Assembly (NCBI GenBank): GCA_027923505.1
Contig: BROI01000012.1
Span: 868,001-932,000, forward strand
From: Mayamaea pseudoterrestris
Lineage: Eukaryota
Length of the DNA: 64,000 nt
Direction: 5' to 3'
Below, piece after piece: positions 13,674 through 22,840 of this stretch. Numbering within the stretch: position 1 is the first letter of the stretch; each line of letters opens with the position of its first letter. The translations under genes and the position numbers were made by a program. The notes under the pieces were generated by a model. The model had not been told where the DNA came from and did not search any database. It worked only from the letters and a program-made list of their open reading frames with translations.

Positions 13674-15403
13674 ACTTTTCCGTCTGCTAGTGTACTATAT
13701 GCTGCATACAAGGCACCATGCACTATGACAAGTAAAGGTATCGCTCTGGTTGCTGTTTTTCGTGTGCAACCTGCTAGTGACACCTTGTCACCAATCTCAG
13801 CCCGCAGATGCCGTGACATTCAAACGCCCCTACAGCAAGCCCTGTAGGTGCCCAAAATACACCAGAATAGTGCCAACATCATTATTCAGGCTGCGCTACA
13901 AGATGGTAGGCTTGGCGGGTGTCTCGGGGGATGGCAATGTATTTGGTGACAACTTGTCACCAGTCTCAGCCCGCAGATGCCATGACATTCAAACACCCCT
14001 ACAGCAAGCCCTGTAGGTGCCCAAATTACACCAGAATGGTGCCAACATCATTATTCAGGCTGCGCTACAAGATGGTAGGCTTGGCTGGTGTCTCAAAGGA
14101 TGGCAATGTATTTGGTGACAACTTGTCACCAGTCTCAGCTTAAGATGCCATGACATTCAAACACCCCTACAGCAGGCCATGACTATACCCAAATGACACC
14201 AGAATGGTGCCAACATCATTATTCCAGCTGCGCTACAAGATGGTTGGCTTGGCTGGTGTCTCAGGGGATGGCACAGTATTTGGTGACAACTTGTCACCAG
14301 TCTCAGCCCGCAGATGCCGTGACATTCCAACCCCCCTACAGCAAGCCCAGTAGGTGCCCAAATTATACCGGAATGTTGCCAACAACATTGTTGAGACTGC
14401 GCTACAAGATGGTAGGCTTGGCTGGTGTCTCAGGGGATGGCAATGTATTTGGTGACAACTTGTCACCAGTCTCAGCCCACAGATGGTGTGACATTTAAAC
14501 ACACCTACAGCAAGACCTGTAGGTGCCCAAAATACACCAGAATGTTGCCAACAACAGTTTTGAGGCTGCGCTACAAGATGGTAGGCTTGGCTGGTGTCTC
14601 AGAAAATGGCAATGTATTTGGTGACAACTTGTCACCAGTCTCAGCCCGCAGATGCCTTGACATTCCAACCCCCCTACAGCAAGACCTGTAGGTGCCCAAA
14701 ATACACCAAAATGGTGCCAACAACAGTTTTGAGGCTGCGCTACAAGATGGTAGGCTTGGCTGGTGTCTCAGGGGATGGCACTGTATTTGGTGACAACTTG
14801 TCACCAGTCTCAGCCCGCAGATGCCGTGACATTCCAACCCCCCTACAGCAAGCCCAGTAGGTGCCCAAATTATACCAGAATGTTGCCAACAACATTGTTG
14901 AGGCTGCGCTACAAGATGGTAGGCTTGGCTGGTGTCTCAGGGGATGGCAATGTATTTGGTGACAACTTGTCACCAATCTCAGCCCGCAGATGCCTAGATA
15001 TTCAATCGCCCATATAACACGCCATGTATACACCCAAATCACACCAGAATGGTGCCAACATCTTTTTCAGCCTGCGCTACAAGGTTATATGCCTGGTGGG
15101 TGTCTCAGTAGACTGCAATGTGACTGGTGACAAGTTGTCACCATTCTTGGTATGTATGCCATGGTTTCCAACAGCTCATTCTCAAAGCTCTGCCACTGCC
15201 TGCGTTCAATGAATCAATGTAAATATTGACAACAGCGAGGATTATAAAATATTCTGCAAAAGACTTGTTTGGTAGCCAAACACCAGTGGATTGGGCACCA
15301 TATCTAAGAATTTGCGCTTTTGGCACCTTTTTTGGGCCAAAAAAGAGTTTTTCACCAAAATTCTTGACAAAATAAAGAGCTATTCTCCTCCAATGCAAAA
15401 AGA

Positions 15404-15476
15404 TTCCGATACAGGGACTCGAACCCTGGTTTCCTGCGTGAGAGGCAAGTGTGATCACCACCTACACTATATCGGA
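15404..15476 (-). tRNA. tRNA-Glu (anticodon CTC)
   Basis: The minus strand reads TCCGATATAGTGTAGGTGGTGATCACACTTGCCTCTCACGCAGGAAACCAGGGTTCGAGTCCCTGTATCGGAA. It has a 7-bp acceptor stem, a CTTGC-CTCTCAC-GCAGG anticodon arm, a GTTCGAG T loop and a downstream T5 terminator. Confidence 0.96.
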
Positions 15477-15579
15477 GCACATGCGCCATATTATGATAGT
15501 GTAATAGGTACGCAAAAATATTTAAACAGGATACAACCGAGCTACCCGAACATCAATACATGATCCTACTGCAAATCGA

Positions 15580-15747
15580 ATGATTACATAATATACTCCT
15601 GTATATCTGTTAATTAAACATATTTCTCATTGTCACTGATAATGAGGTCCGCAACGTATCTGCATCAATGATGAAATGCGCATGATTACATAATATACTC
15701 CTGTATATCTGTTGATTAAACTTATTTCTCATTGTCGCTGATGATGA
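15580..15747. repeat. AT-rich ~66-bp direct duplication (period 102 bp); the second copy has box C/D-like architecture
   Basis: ATGATTACATAATATACTCCTGTATATCTGTT...TATTTCTCATTGTC.CTGAT occurs at 15580 and 15682. Confidence 0.85.
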
Positions 15748-16856
15748 TCCCAGTATCTTTCAACGATGGGATACGCAAGTTAAAGAACCAACGGCAAAAG
15801 CCTTTTTTGACATTGCGTTAACCGACTCTCGCGAAGATGACAGGAATGTGGCCGTGATGCAAGCTGCAAACAAAACGAAGAACAATCCGCAAGAATTGAC
15901 GGTTGAAAATGCATGTGAGTCAACCATCGAAGATGGGACGCAGGCACAGACTGCATTCACAGTCATTCAGCTTTGAAAAAGCCACCTTTTTGAGGACGAT
16001 CGTAAAACTGCCAATATCAAGGGAAGGGCACTTTCAGATCCTCATAAACGTGTTTCAAATAGCAACGAAAGCGCCTTTATAATCATCATTATCTGGCCGG
16101 CAGTAGGGGTCGTAATACAGCATTCGCTTGTCTTTCAAAATCGGCATATACGAGCACCCAATGATGGCGTCCAGTGAAATGATAAACGACCCATGCATCC
16201 TTTATGCTTTATTTGAAAGCGTGCATCTTCATTTATCGCAGCTGGGGACTGGTCGTATTCAACCTTTGCCATGGCGACATGGCGACGGCGACGCGGCGAC
16301 GGCCGAGCAATCGTCTTGAGGCTTCGATTTGGCGTTGCTGCCAAATGAGCGAGCCCGGCGATGAGCACCAATCCTTATGACGTTTTAGTTGCATCCAGTA
16401 GACATCGTTTCAAACCAACATTAAATGATAATGTTCCAGCCTCGAGCACAGTGACGCCTTGCTGCTTGCTATTGAAGGACTTTGGAGGTAAGGGAGAAAG
16501 CCCTTGTCGTTGTCGTCGCGGAAGCATAATGATTCACTCATTCATCTCGATTACAAATCGACATACATATCAGGTCTTCGATAGCGTTGATTGCTATTTG
16601 GGGAAACGATTCTCAGCTTTGGATATACGCAGCGCAATCCTCGTTCCATGTTGGTTGTGACGACGTGACGACCATAGAAGCCCGCATGTCTCTGAGTCCC
16701 GCACCGACGTCGTTTGTACCGCTACGACATACGGCCCCTAGCTCCACGATCCTCGCGATGGCGAAACTTCTTGCTCGCGGTTCATTCTCCGCCGCTCGGA
16801 ACGCATGCAACGGACCTCACGTACTGCCATCGCCTTTAAAGCTTCTTCCATTCAAC

Positions 16857-17576
16857 ATGAGTACAAGCGCTCGTCGTCGTCTCCTGCGCGACTTTAAAAG
16901 GTTTGTGGAATGAATTATTTAAAACGAGAGTGAACTGGAGAAGCGTAGTGGACGGCCACGTGTCGCGTTGGAGCGGCATCACGATCAATGCTCAACAGAT
17001 ATGAAAGACTTTGTAGTCGGCATGGCATCATGAGACTCTATAAATATTATTGTTTTCCTGCTACTGCTTTGGAACCGTTCCCGTCGTTGCCGTATCTATC
17101 TTTTTCGCCGACTCCTTTGCTCGACTAACTCCCATTTTGTTCGTTTCCCTATCAATAGACTCCAGAATGATCCACCAACTGGCATCTCAGGTTCACCATT
17201 GGATTCCAATATCATGCTATGGCAGGCTGTTATTTTTGGTCCGGACGATACGCCGTGGGAAGGAGGAACCTTCAAGCTCGTTTTGGAATTTTCGGAGGAG
17301 TATCCGAACAAGGCTCCCTCGGTTCGCTTTTTGACCAAGGTCTTTCATCCAAACATTTACAATGATGGCCAGATTTGCTTGGACATTCTCCAGAATCAGT
17401 GGTCTCCTATTTACGATATTTCGGCCATTTTGACCTCGATCCAGTCCTTGCTGTGTGACCCCAATCCGGCGTCACCGGCCAATTCGGAGGCGAGTCGTCT
17501 CTACAATGAGAATCGTCGCGAGTACAATCGCCGCGTCCGGGAAGTCGTTGAGCAGAGCTGGGTGGATGATTCGTAG
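16857..17576 (+). CDS. UBC2: Ubiquitin-conjugating enzyme E2, Rad6/UBC2 type (exons 16857-16900, 17159-17576)
   Basis: [21 protein letters not shown]..., [20 protein letters not shown] catalytic motif; GT-AG intron with CTAAC branch point. Confidence 0.96.
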
Positions 17577-17780
17577 AGAGCGGTGACGATATATGACGAT
17601 GATGATATTGAGTATTGTGGATGGTGCAGGAGACGACGATGGAGGTGATTTTGCGTCAATAATTTGGTACGGAGGGGGCAAACTGTTTGACTTTGAACTA
17701 TAAGAAAAACAAGCATACCAACTTATTTCTATAACGTAGGTTAGCGATACTATTGGATTGTAGCTGCCGGCAAGCTTCAA

Positions 17781-18440
17781 CTACCTACTGTTGGAATAAT
17801 TTGCAACGAGGTTGCTGCGAACAAATGTGACAAATGAATCAATTCCATCGTGTACGTCGCCACTATGATCATCCATAGTTTCTCCAGCAGCGACCGGACA
17901 TGAACTTCTGCTTGTAAACAATATGATTGAAGCTCGTCGAATCCCAATCATTTTTCCCAGTTTTATGCAGCAAGCGGCTGGCAGCAAGAGTACTGGAACT
18001 TTCATTTGTTCCGCATACACTGGAACATGAGAAAGAAGACTTGGAATGTCGCAACAGACAATAAGCGCAATTGTGACTTTTGTAGGAGTAGATTTGCATT
18101 GTTCCAGCGCGTCTTGCAGTCGCTGGGTGCACGCATTAACGCCGACAGTAATGCGTTCCTTCAAGGCAGCGGAAGGAGAGTTTGTCGCTTTCTCACCAGA
18201 CAATGCCGTTTGATTAGATGGCAGGGATCCCAAAGACGTCTTTGCAGGCAGTGCCAGTGAATACTGCAAGCGTTCAACAATCTCCTTTTGGAAGCGCTCC
18301 AAGAAAATGTCTTGCGTCGATTGGTCGGCCACCAACGTGTCGATAAAGTGCCCGGACGTAGTCGGCACTCGAGCTAGCGACTCGCAGTCCATCCACGATA
18401 GAGGGCATTCTAGTCTTTGGCGTTTTGTTTGACGAAGCAT
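17781..18440 (-). CDS. L7Ae/Gadd45-family RNA-binding protein, RNase P/MRP Rpp38/Pop3-like (start uncertain)
   Basis: ITVGVNACTQRL...ALIVCCD...HVPVYAEQMKVPVLLL...LGKMIGIRRAS matches the L7Ae fold pattern. The start is placed at MLRQTKRQR. Confidence 0.65.
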   Translation of the reverse strand: MLRQTKRQRLECPLSWMDCESLARVPTTSGHFIDTLVADQSTQDIFLERFQKEIVERLQYSLALPAKTSLGSLPSNQTALSGEKATNSPSAALKERITVGVNACTQRLQDALEQCKSTPTKVTIALIVCCDIPSLLSHVPVYAEQMKVPVLLLPAACCIKLGKMIGIRRASIILFTSRSSCPVAAGETMDDHSGDVHDGIDSFVTFVRSNLVANYSNSR

Positions 18441-18923
18441 GCGAGCTGTTGTAAATGAGGTGTCCGGTTTTGTGAGGATATATCCGGACAGAGATGGGTG
18501 TAACTTGGTGCGACATGCGTATTCTTGGGCAGTATAATGCCATAAATGAGTATTGACAGTAGTTGTCAATGTAGGAGTCGTGACATTGTTCCCCGCCCCG
18601 CGAATGTGTTTCAAATGCGAGATGAGGCCCCGGTTAACCATGTCGCACAGCGATCGCATTGGTGAAACGCTGCGACATATCTTTAAAAGCCAACCATCAA
18701 CTCGAGCAACCATGACGAACATCTGCAAGAAAGCAATCGCCTCTGGCACGACAACCAAGTGCTTGCATCGTTTCAAGATTTACAACAGAAAAGACAGAAT
18801 ACTGCATTGTTTTTACGGAAGTCTCGGAAAGCTACCGGACTATTTAGCTCCATCTCTGCACTCGCTATCTTGGCTTCTTGATTCTTCGACCTACAATCAG
18901 CTAAATTACACATCACACCCATC

Positions 18924-19871
18924 ATGACTTCACCAATCGCCAACCTTCCATCCCAAGATTCAAACAACATTTCAAATCACTACATCGTTGTTCCAGGCCA
19001 ACTAATTGCCTCCGCTCCACTCGATGCGTCAGAATTCTTACGCGGACATGGCACATACCTGGAACGAACGTCGACACACGAGCACTTGATTGCATCGGTC
19101 GTCGGCCGCGTCCAGCGAGTCAACAAACTCATTCGCGTTGAGAGCGTTTCTGCAAATACTTATCAAGGACAAGTAGGAGATTTGGTCGTTGGCCGCATTG
19201 TATCCGTGGCTGCCACACGCTGGAAGGTGCAATTGCTGCAGAATGGCCGCTACGCATCACTGCCACTATCCGGCGTGCACTTGCCGGGCGGCATTCAACG
19301 AGTTCGAACCGCGCAGGATGCCCGCGATATGAGTCAGTGGCTGCAGACGGGCGACTTGGTGTCGGCCGAAGTGCACAAGGTGCAAACGGATGGATCCGTC
19401 ATGCTGCATACGCGGTCGCATAAATACGGCAAGCTTGAAAATGGATGCGTTGCCATTGTTCCACCAGCGCTGGTGGCAAGACGAAAGAACCATTACGCGA
19501 CATTGATGAACACATTTGACGTATTGTGGGGATGCAACGGCATGATTTGGATGCAGCGCAAGCTGCCAAACAGCGATAATGGTCAAGATTCATCGCGCAT
19601 GATGATTGGACAACAAGAACTGGCCGAGCAACAGGAGCGTCGTCGACAGGAACATGCCGACATGCCGTACTCACCAGACGAACGGCAAGATGTGGCGCGT
19701 CTACGAAATTGCATTGAATGTTTGCGGCTGACTCACTCAATGATAACGGACGAAGCGGTCGAAAGTGTATACATGCAGAGCTTGGAGCAAAATCTGACTC
19801 CAGTACAAATCATGGATCCAAGCAACGTAGTCGCGTTGACGGAAGCTGTTCGTCTGTCGCAGAGGCGGTAG
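18924..19871 (+). CDS. RRP4: Exosome complex component RRP4
   Basis: IVVPGQLI...FLRGHGTY...VNKLIRV...YQGQVGDLVVGRI (S1 domain), HTRSHKYGKLENG and WGCNGMIW (KH domain). Confidence 0.95.
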   Translation: MTSPIANLPSQDSNNISNHYIVVPGQLIASAPLDASEFLRGHGTYLERTSTHEHLIASVVGRVQRVNKLIRVESVSANTYQGQVGDLVVGRIVSVAATRWKVQLLQNGRYASLPLSGVHLPGGIQRVRTAQDARDMSQWLQTGDLVSAEVHKVQTDGSVMLHTRSHKYGKLENGCVAIVPPALVARRKNHYATLMNTFDVLWGCNGMIWMQRKLPNSDNGQDSSRMMIGQQELAEQQERRRQEHADMPYSPDERQDVARLRNCIECLRLTHSMITDEAVESVYMQSLEQNLTPVQIMDPSNVVALTEAVRLSQRR

Positions 19872-20088
19872 TCGGCGTTAACTATGCTAAATCAGTATTC
19901 GGGATGCAACGACGCAAAAGTGATATGGTGCCCTTGCTATATATGTCACTCCTCTATGTATTCCGAGTAAATATGGTTTTAGCTAGCTAGCGTATCAACG
20001 TAGAGAGTTTATAAATATATGCTTGCAACGCATTTCTATTTGGAAACATTGTCATGCTTCTTCTTATGATACATCCGTTTAGACTAGA

Positions 20089-22626
20089 CTAATGATACCT
20101 CCGGCGCACCTGCTTTAAGCTCTGCCACATTTCCATGATTGCGTCCGCTTTATTTGTGTCGTCAGCCGCTTGATATGCATCGGCAACGCTTTGAAAATGT
20201 TTTCGATCTGGTGTAAATCTACCCTTTTTGCATTCTTCATACAGCAAATCAAGTACCTTTCCAGCTCGATGCAAGTTTCCATTTGCCATCCAGCAGTTCA
20301 TCACCGACACGTAGCTGATGTAGCTGGCTTTGTTGGCTGAAATCATTGACTGCAAGACGACTTCGGCTTTTTCCGCCGCATCCGGAATTTTGGTGTTGCG
20401 AGCAAAGCATTGTAGCAGATTGTTGTAGGAAATTGAGTCTGGTTCCACAAGCCAGCCCTTGTCACACGACAATGTCTTCATGAGCTCTATCAATTCTTGC
20501 ACTCGCTCAACGGCACTGAGTGCATTGACGCGTGACCAGGCCAACAAGACAAGATTGAAACTTGTCACGTCGGGATCGACCGGTCCATCGGTAATCATAC
20601 TGCTGAGAAGCTCATCGGCTCGCTTCAATTTCCATTGCCGAACCAATGCCGTCAGTACTTTATTATAATCGCCAACGTCGGTCTCTGGATGGTGCTTCGC
20701 CATTAAGCTAAGTATGCTTGAGGCACGAACGTGTGAATTCGTGGAGCGAGACTTGCTCCAACATGCCAGTCGGGAGCGCTGGAGCCTATAGTCGGGTCCT
20801 TCGGCTAGAATTCGACGCTGATGCAGTTCTTTCAGCCACGAATAAATGGATTCTGCATGCTCAGCAGCAGCGTCAGAATTACTACGAGCAAATGATGCAA
20901 CCACCGATCCAAAGCTGGCAATATCTGGCTTTATTGCATTTGTAACCTGTGGATCGCACAGACGTTCGCACATGCGTGTGAGGAGCTTGGCCGCAGCCTC
21001 CGGCGCTTCAGCGCGGCAAAAGCACCGAATCAATTGATTCATGCTCCTTTCGTCTGGTCGACAGGCAACATCACCCTCTTTGAATCGCACCCGCACTTCC
21101 TCCATCAGTTCTTCGGCCCTTCCAACCCGTCGCTGTCGAAGCAACAACTGAATAAAAATGGAATATGTGGCAAAGTTCGGTTGATGGTCGGTTGACTGCT
21201 TCATGTTCTGCAGCAACTTTTCGGCGCGTCCCAACTCGTCATCAGTTGTTGCGCATCGTCCATAGACATCCATCATGACGTTATAGACAGCGCGGTCCAG
21301 CGGCGCTTCAAGAAAATATCTGGCCCAATCCTTTAAAAATTCAAAGAACTGTTCCGCTCGTAAAAGTCGATCCACCGCATCACTCTTGCTCCAACCTTCC
21401 ATTATCGGCGTAAGCAGCTTCACATTTGGAACAAGTGTGTGGCTGTTGGACGCGTCGCCGGGTTGCTTCATGTATTGCTGATACATGTTTTGCACCAATG
21501 TTTCCGCCTGCTCCACTTGTCCACTGACACAGAGCGCATGAATAACAGTTCCATACGTAATAACGTCGGGCTCCACGTTCATCATGCCGGCCGCTGACCA
21601 AGCTTGTAGCTCCTGCAACCAGTCCAGAGCTCGCTGACCGGCTTGTGGACTTCCGGATCGCGCCCAGCAGGCCAGGACAATGTTTACAGTAGTCGTGTCG
21701 GGTCGAACATTCAATGCGCCCCAGTCATATGGGTCATAGAGGCGAGCAAGTATTGCTTCAGCTCGCTCGGGCTGACCGCTATTGGCCAAGGCATGCAAAA
21801 CGGCGTGAAAGGTCCATTGATTGGGAGTGACATGATAGACGCCGCGACAAAGATCCTGTAGATATTGCTCAGCAAGGTCCGGTTGTTGATTGTTAGCGAG
21901 GCATGAAAGAAAAATGTTGTAGCTATTGATATCGAGTGGCAGCTCCAAGTTTTGAAAATCTTGAATGAGTTGCTGTATTTTGAGTGGCTGATTCACGTTG
22001 CTGTACCCTTGCAGCACCGTATTCAGCGTATGCGTGGAAGGAGCAAAGCTTTGCTCGTAAAGTAAGCGTCGCAGGAGCTGCTCCGCCAGTAACGCTTCGT
22101 CGGATTGCACTGCAACATCAATAAGCATGGAAATGGCCTTGCCGGATAGCGAGAATGTTGGACAATCGGTTGCAATGTCATCCAATTTTTGTAGCATTCC
22201 ACGAGGTGAAAGCGTCGTTTGACCGTCCTTGTACACTGCTTGCCAATTAATGACAATGGCATTGACCATCTTTCGGTCGAGATGCGCATCTTGTACTTCA
22301 ATTGAAAGTTCGTGTCGTGCCATTTGCTGCAGAATTTGCATTGATCGCGCGACTGACTCTGACGTTCGTTGGTGGGCCCACCAAAGAAGCACTTGCTCCG
22401 CATCCATGAACGAGTCCCGAGAGGACTTGATTAGTTCAAACGCTCTCATTCTTGCAGTCTCAGTATCTGATGGTGCAATATTATCGTGATGAGACGAGCC
22501 AATGGATGAGTAGCATTTGATTTGAGGGACGAATTGGTAGGCAGCAGGTGGAAAAACGTTCATGATAATTGAGTAAGGCAGAAGTCTTCTAGCCCTTCGA
22601 ACGGCAACTAAAGGTATTCTGGACAT
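20089..22626 (-). CDS. Pentatricopeptide repeat (PPR) protein, probably organelle-targeted
   Basis: 845-aa ORF with many ~35-aa repeats (PDVITYGTVIHAL, PDVTSFNLVLLAW, PDSISYNNLLQCF) and an Arg-rich N-terminus. Confidence 0.9.
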   Translation of the reverse strand: MSRIPLVAVRRARRLLPYSIIMNVFPPAAYQFVPQIKCYSSIGSSHHDNIAPSDTETARMRAFELIKSSRDSFMDAEQVLLWWAHQRTSESVARSMQILQQMARHELSIEVQDAHLDRKMVNAIVINWQAVYKDGQTTLSPRGMLQKLDDIATDCPTFSLSGKAISMLIDVAVQSDEALLAEQLLRRLLYEQSFAPSTHTLNTVLQGYSNVNQPLKIQQLIQDFQNLELPLDINSYNIFLSCLANNQQPDLAEQYLQDLCRGVYHVTPNQWTFHAVLHALANSGQPERAEAILARLYDPYDWGALNVRPDTTTVNIVLACWARSGSPQAGQRALDWLQELQAWSAAGMMNVEPDVITYGTVIHALCVSGQVEQAETLVQNMYQQYMKQPGDASNSHTLVPNVKLLTPIMEGWSKSDAVDRLLRAEQFFEFLKDWARYFLEAPLDRAVYNVMMDVYGRCATTDDELGRAEKLLQNMKQSTDHQPNFATYSIFIQLLLRQRRVGRAEELMEEVRVRFKEGDVACRPDERSMNQLIRCFCRAEAPEAAAKLLTRMCERLCDPQVTNAIKPDIASFGSVVASFARSNSDAAAEHAESIYSWLKELHQRRILAEGPDYRLQRSRLACWSKSRSTNSHVRASSILSLMAKHHPETDVGDYNKVLTALVRQWKLKRADELLSSMITDGPVDPDVTSFNLVLLAWSRVNALSAVERVQELIELMKTLSCDKGWLVEPDSISYNNLLQCFARNTKIPDAAEKAEVVLQSMISANKASYISYVSVMNCWMANGNLHRAGKVLDLLYEECKKGRFTPDRKHFQSVADAYQAADDTNKADAIMEMWQSLKQVRRRYH

Positions 22627-22840
22627 GCCTCTCCAAATTCGAACTTTACTAGGAAGAGTTGTTACCGCTTAAGCTGCGGATAAGAATAGAATAAATGGTT
22701 TGTTTCATAGCCATGGTGAGACCGACATACCGACCGACACGGCGAGGTTGATCTGCATGTCGCAGCGAAACCCCGTCACTTCGCCGCGACGGCGCGCGTC
22801 GCACATCACACGACACAAATGTCTCCAAGAGAAGGAAAAG

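Larger units (their letters stand above)
13100..13776 (-). mobile_element. Non-autonomous LTR retroelement (TRIM-like), 677 bp, inserted in the satellite
   Basis: Identical 207-bp direct repeats at 13100-13306 and 13570-13776 with terminal inverted ends (TAGCAGGT...ACCTGCTA). GTGA is duplicated at 13096-13099 and 13777-13780. The minus strand has a PBS TGGTAGCGTC (13570-13561) next to one LTR and a purine tract AGGGGAG (13313-13307) next to the other. The 263-bp interior is non-coding. Confidence 0.92.
1..15150. repeat. 169-bp tandem satellite array (~85 monomers), running off the left edge of the window
   Basis: The monomer ATGACACCAGAATGGTGCCAACATCATTATTCAGGCTGCGCTACAAGATGGTATGCCTGGCTAGTGTCTCAGGGGACGGCAATGATATTGGTGACAACTTGTCACCAGTCTCAGCCTGCAGATGCCGTGACATTCAAACGCCCCTACAGCAGGCCATGTATACACCCAA recurs at 169-bp spacing (e.g. 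ORF starts 7718, 7887, 8056, 8225, 8394). The last recognisable palindrome is at 15125-15143. Confidence 0.98.

Noticed and set aside
13069..13847. ORFs within the LTR element as gag/pol remnants
   Set aside because: They are short, have no recognisable retroelement motifs, and mostly lie antisense to the PBS/PPT orientation.
1..15150. Dozens of similar ORFs (MTPEWCQHH..., MSQGTAMIL...) suggesting a repeat-protein family
   Set aside because: These are by-products of a 169-bp (3n+1) monomer cycling through reading frames. Stops and indels fall without regard to frame.
1..15150. CRISPR-like array (palindromic repeat at regular spacing)
   Set aside because: The sequence between palindromes is itself repeated, so there are no unique spacers. 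No cas genes are present and the context is eukaryotic.
15760..16850. Short ORFs between the tRNA and UBC2
   Set aside because: No recognisable motifs or consistent splice structure.
16901..17158. snoRNA in the long UBC2 intron (also checked the HAD-gene introns)
   Set aside because: No paired C/D boxes with a terminal stem or rRNA guide were seen. H/ACA RNAs cannot be excluded by eye.
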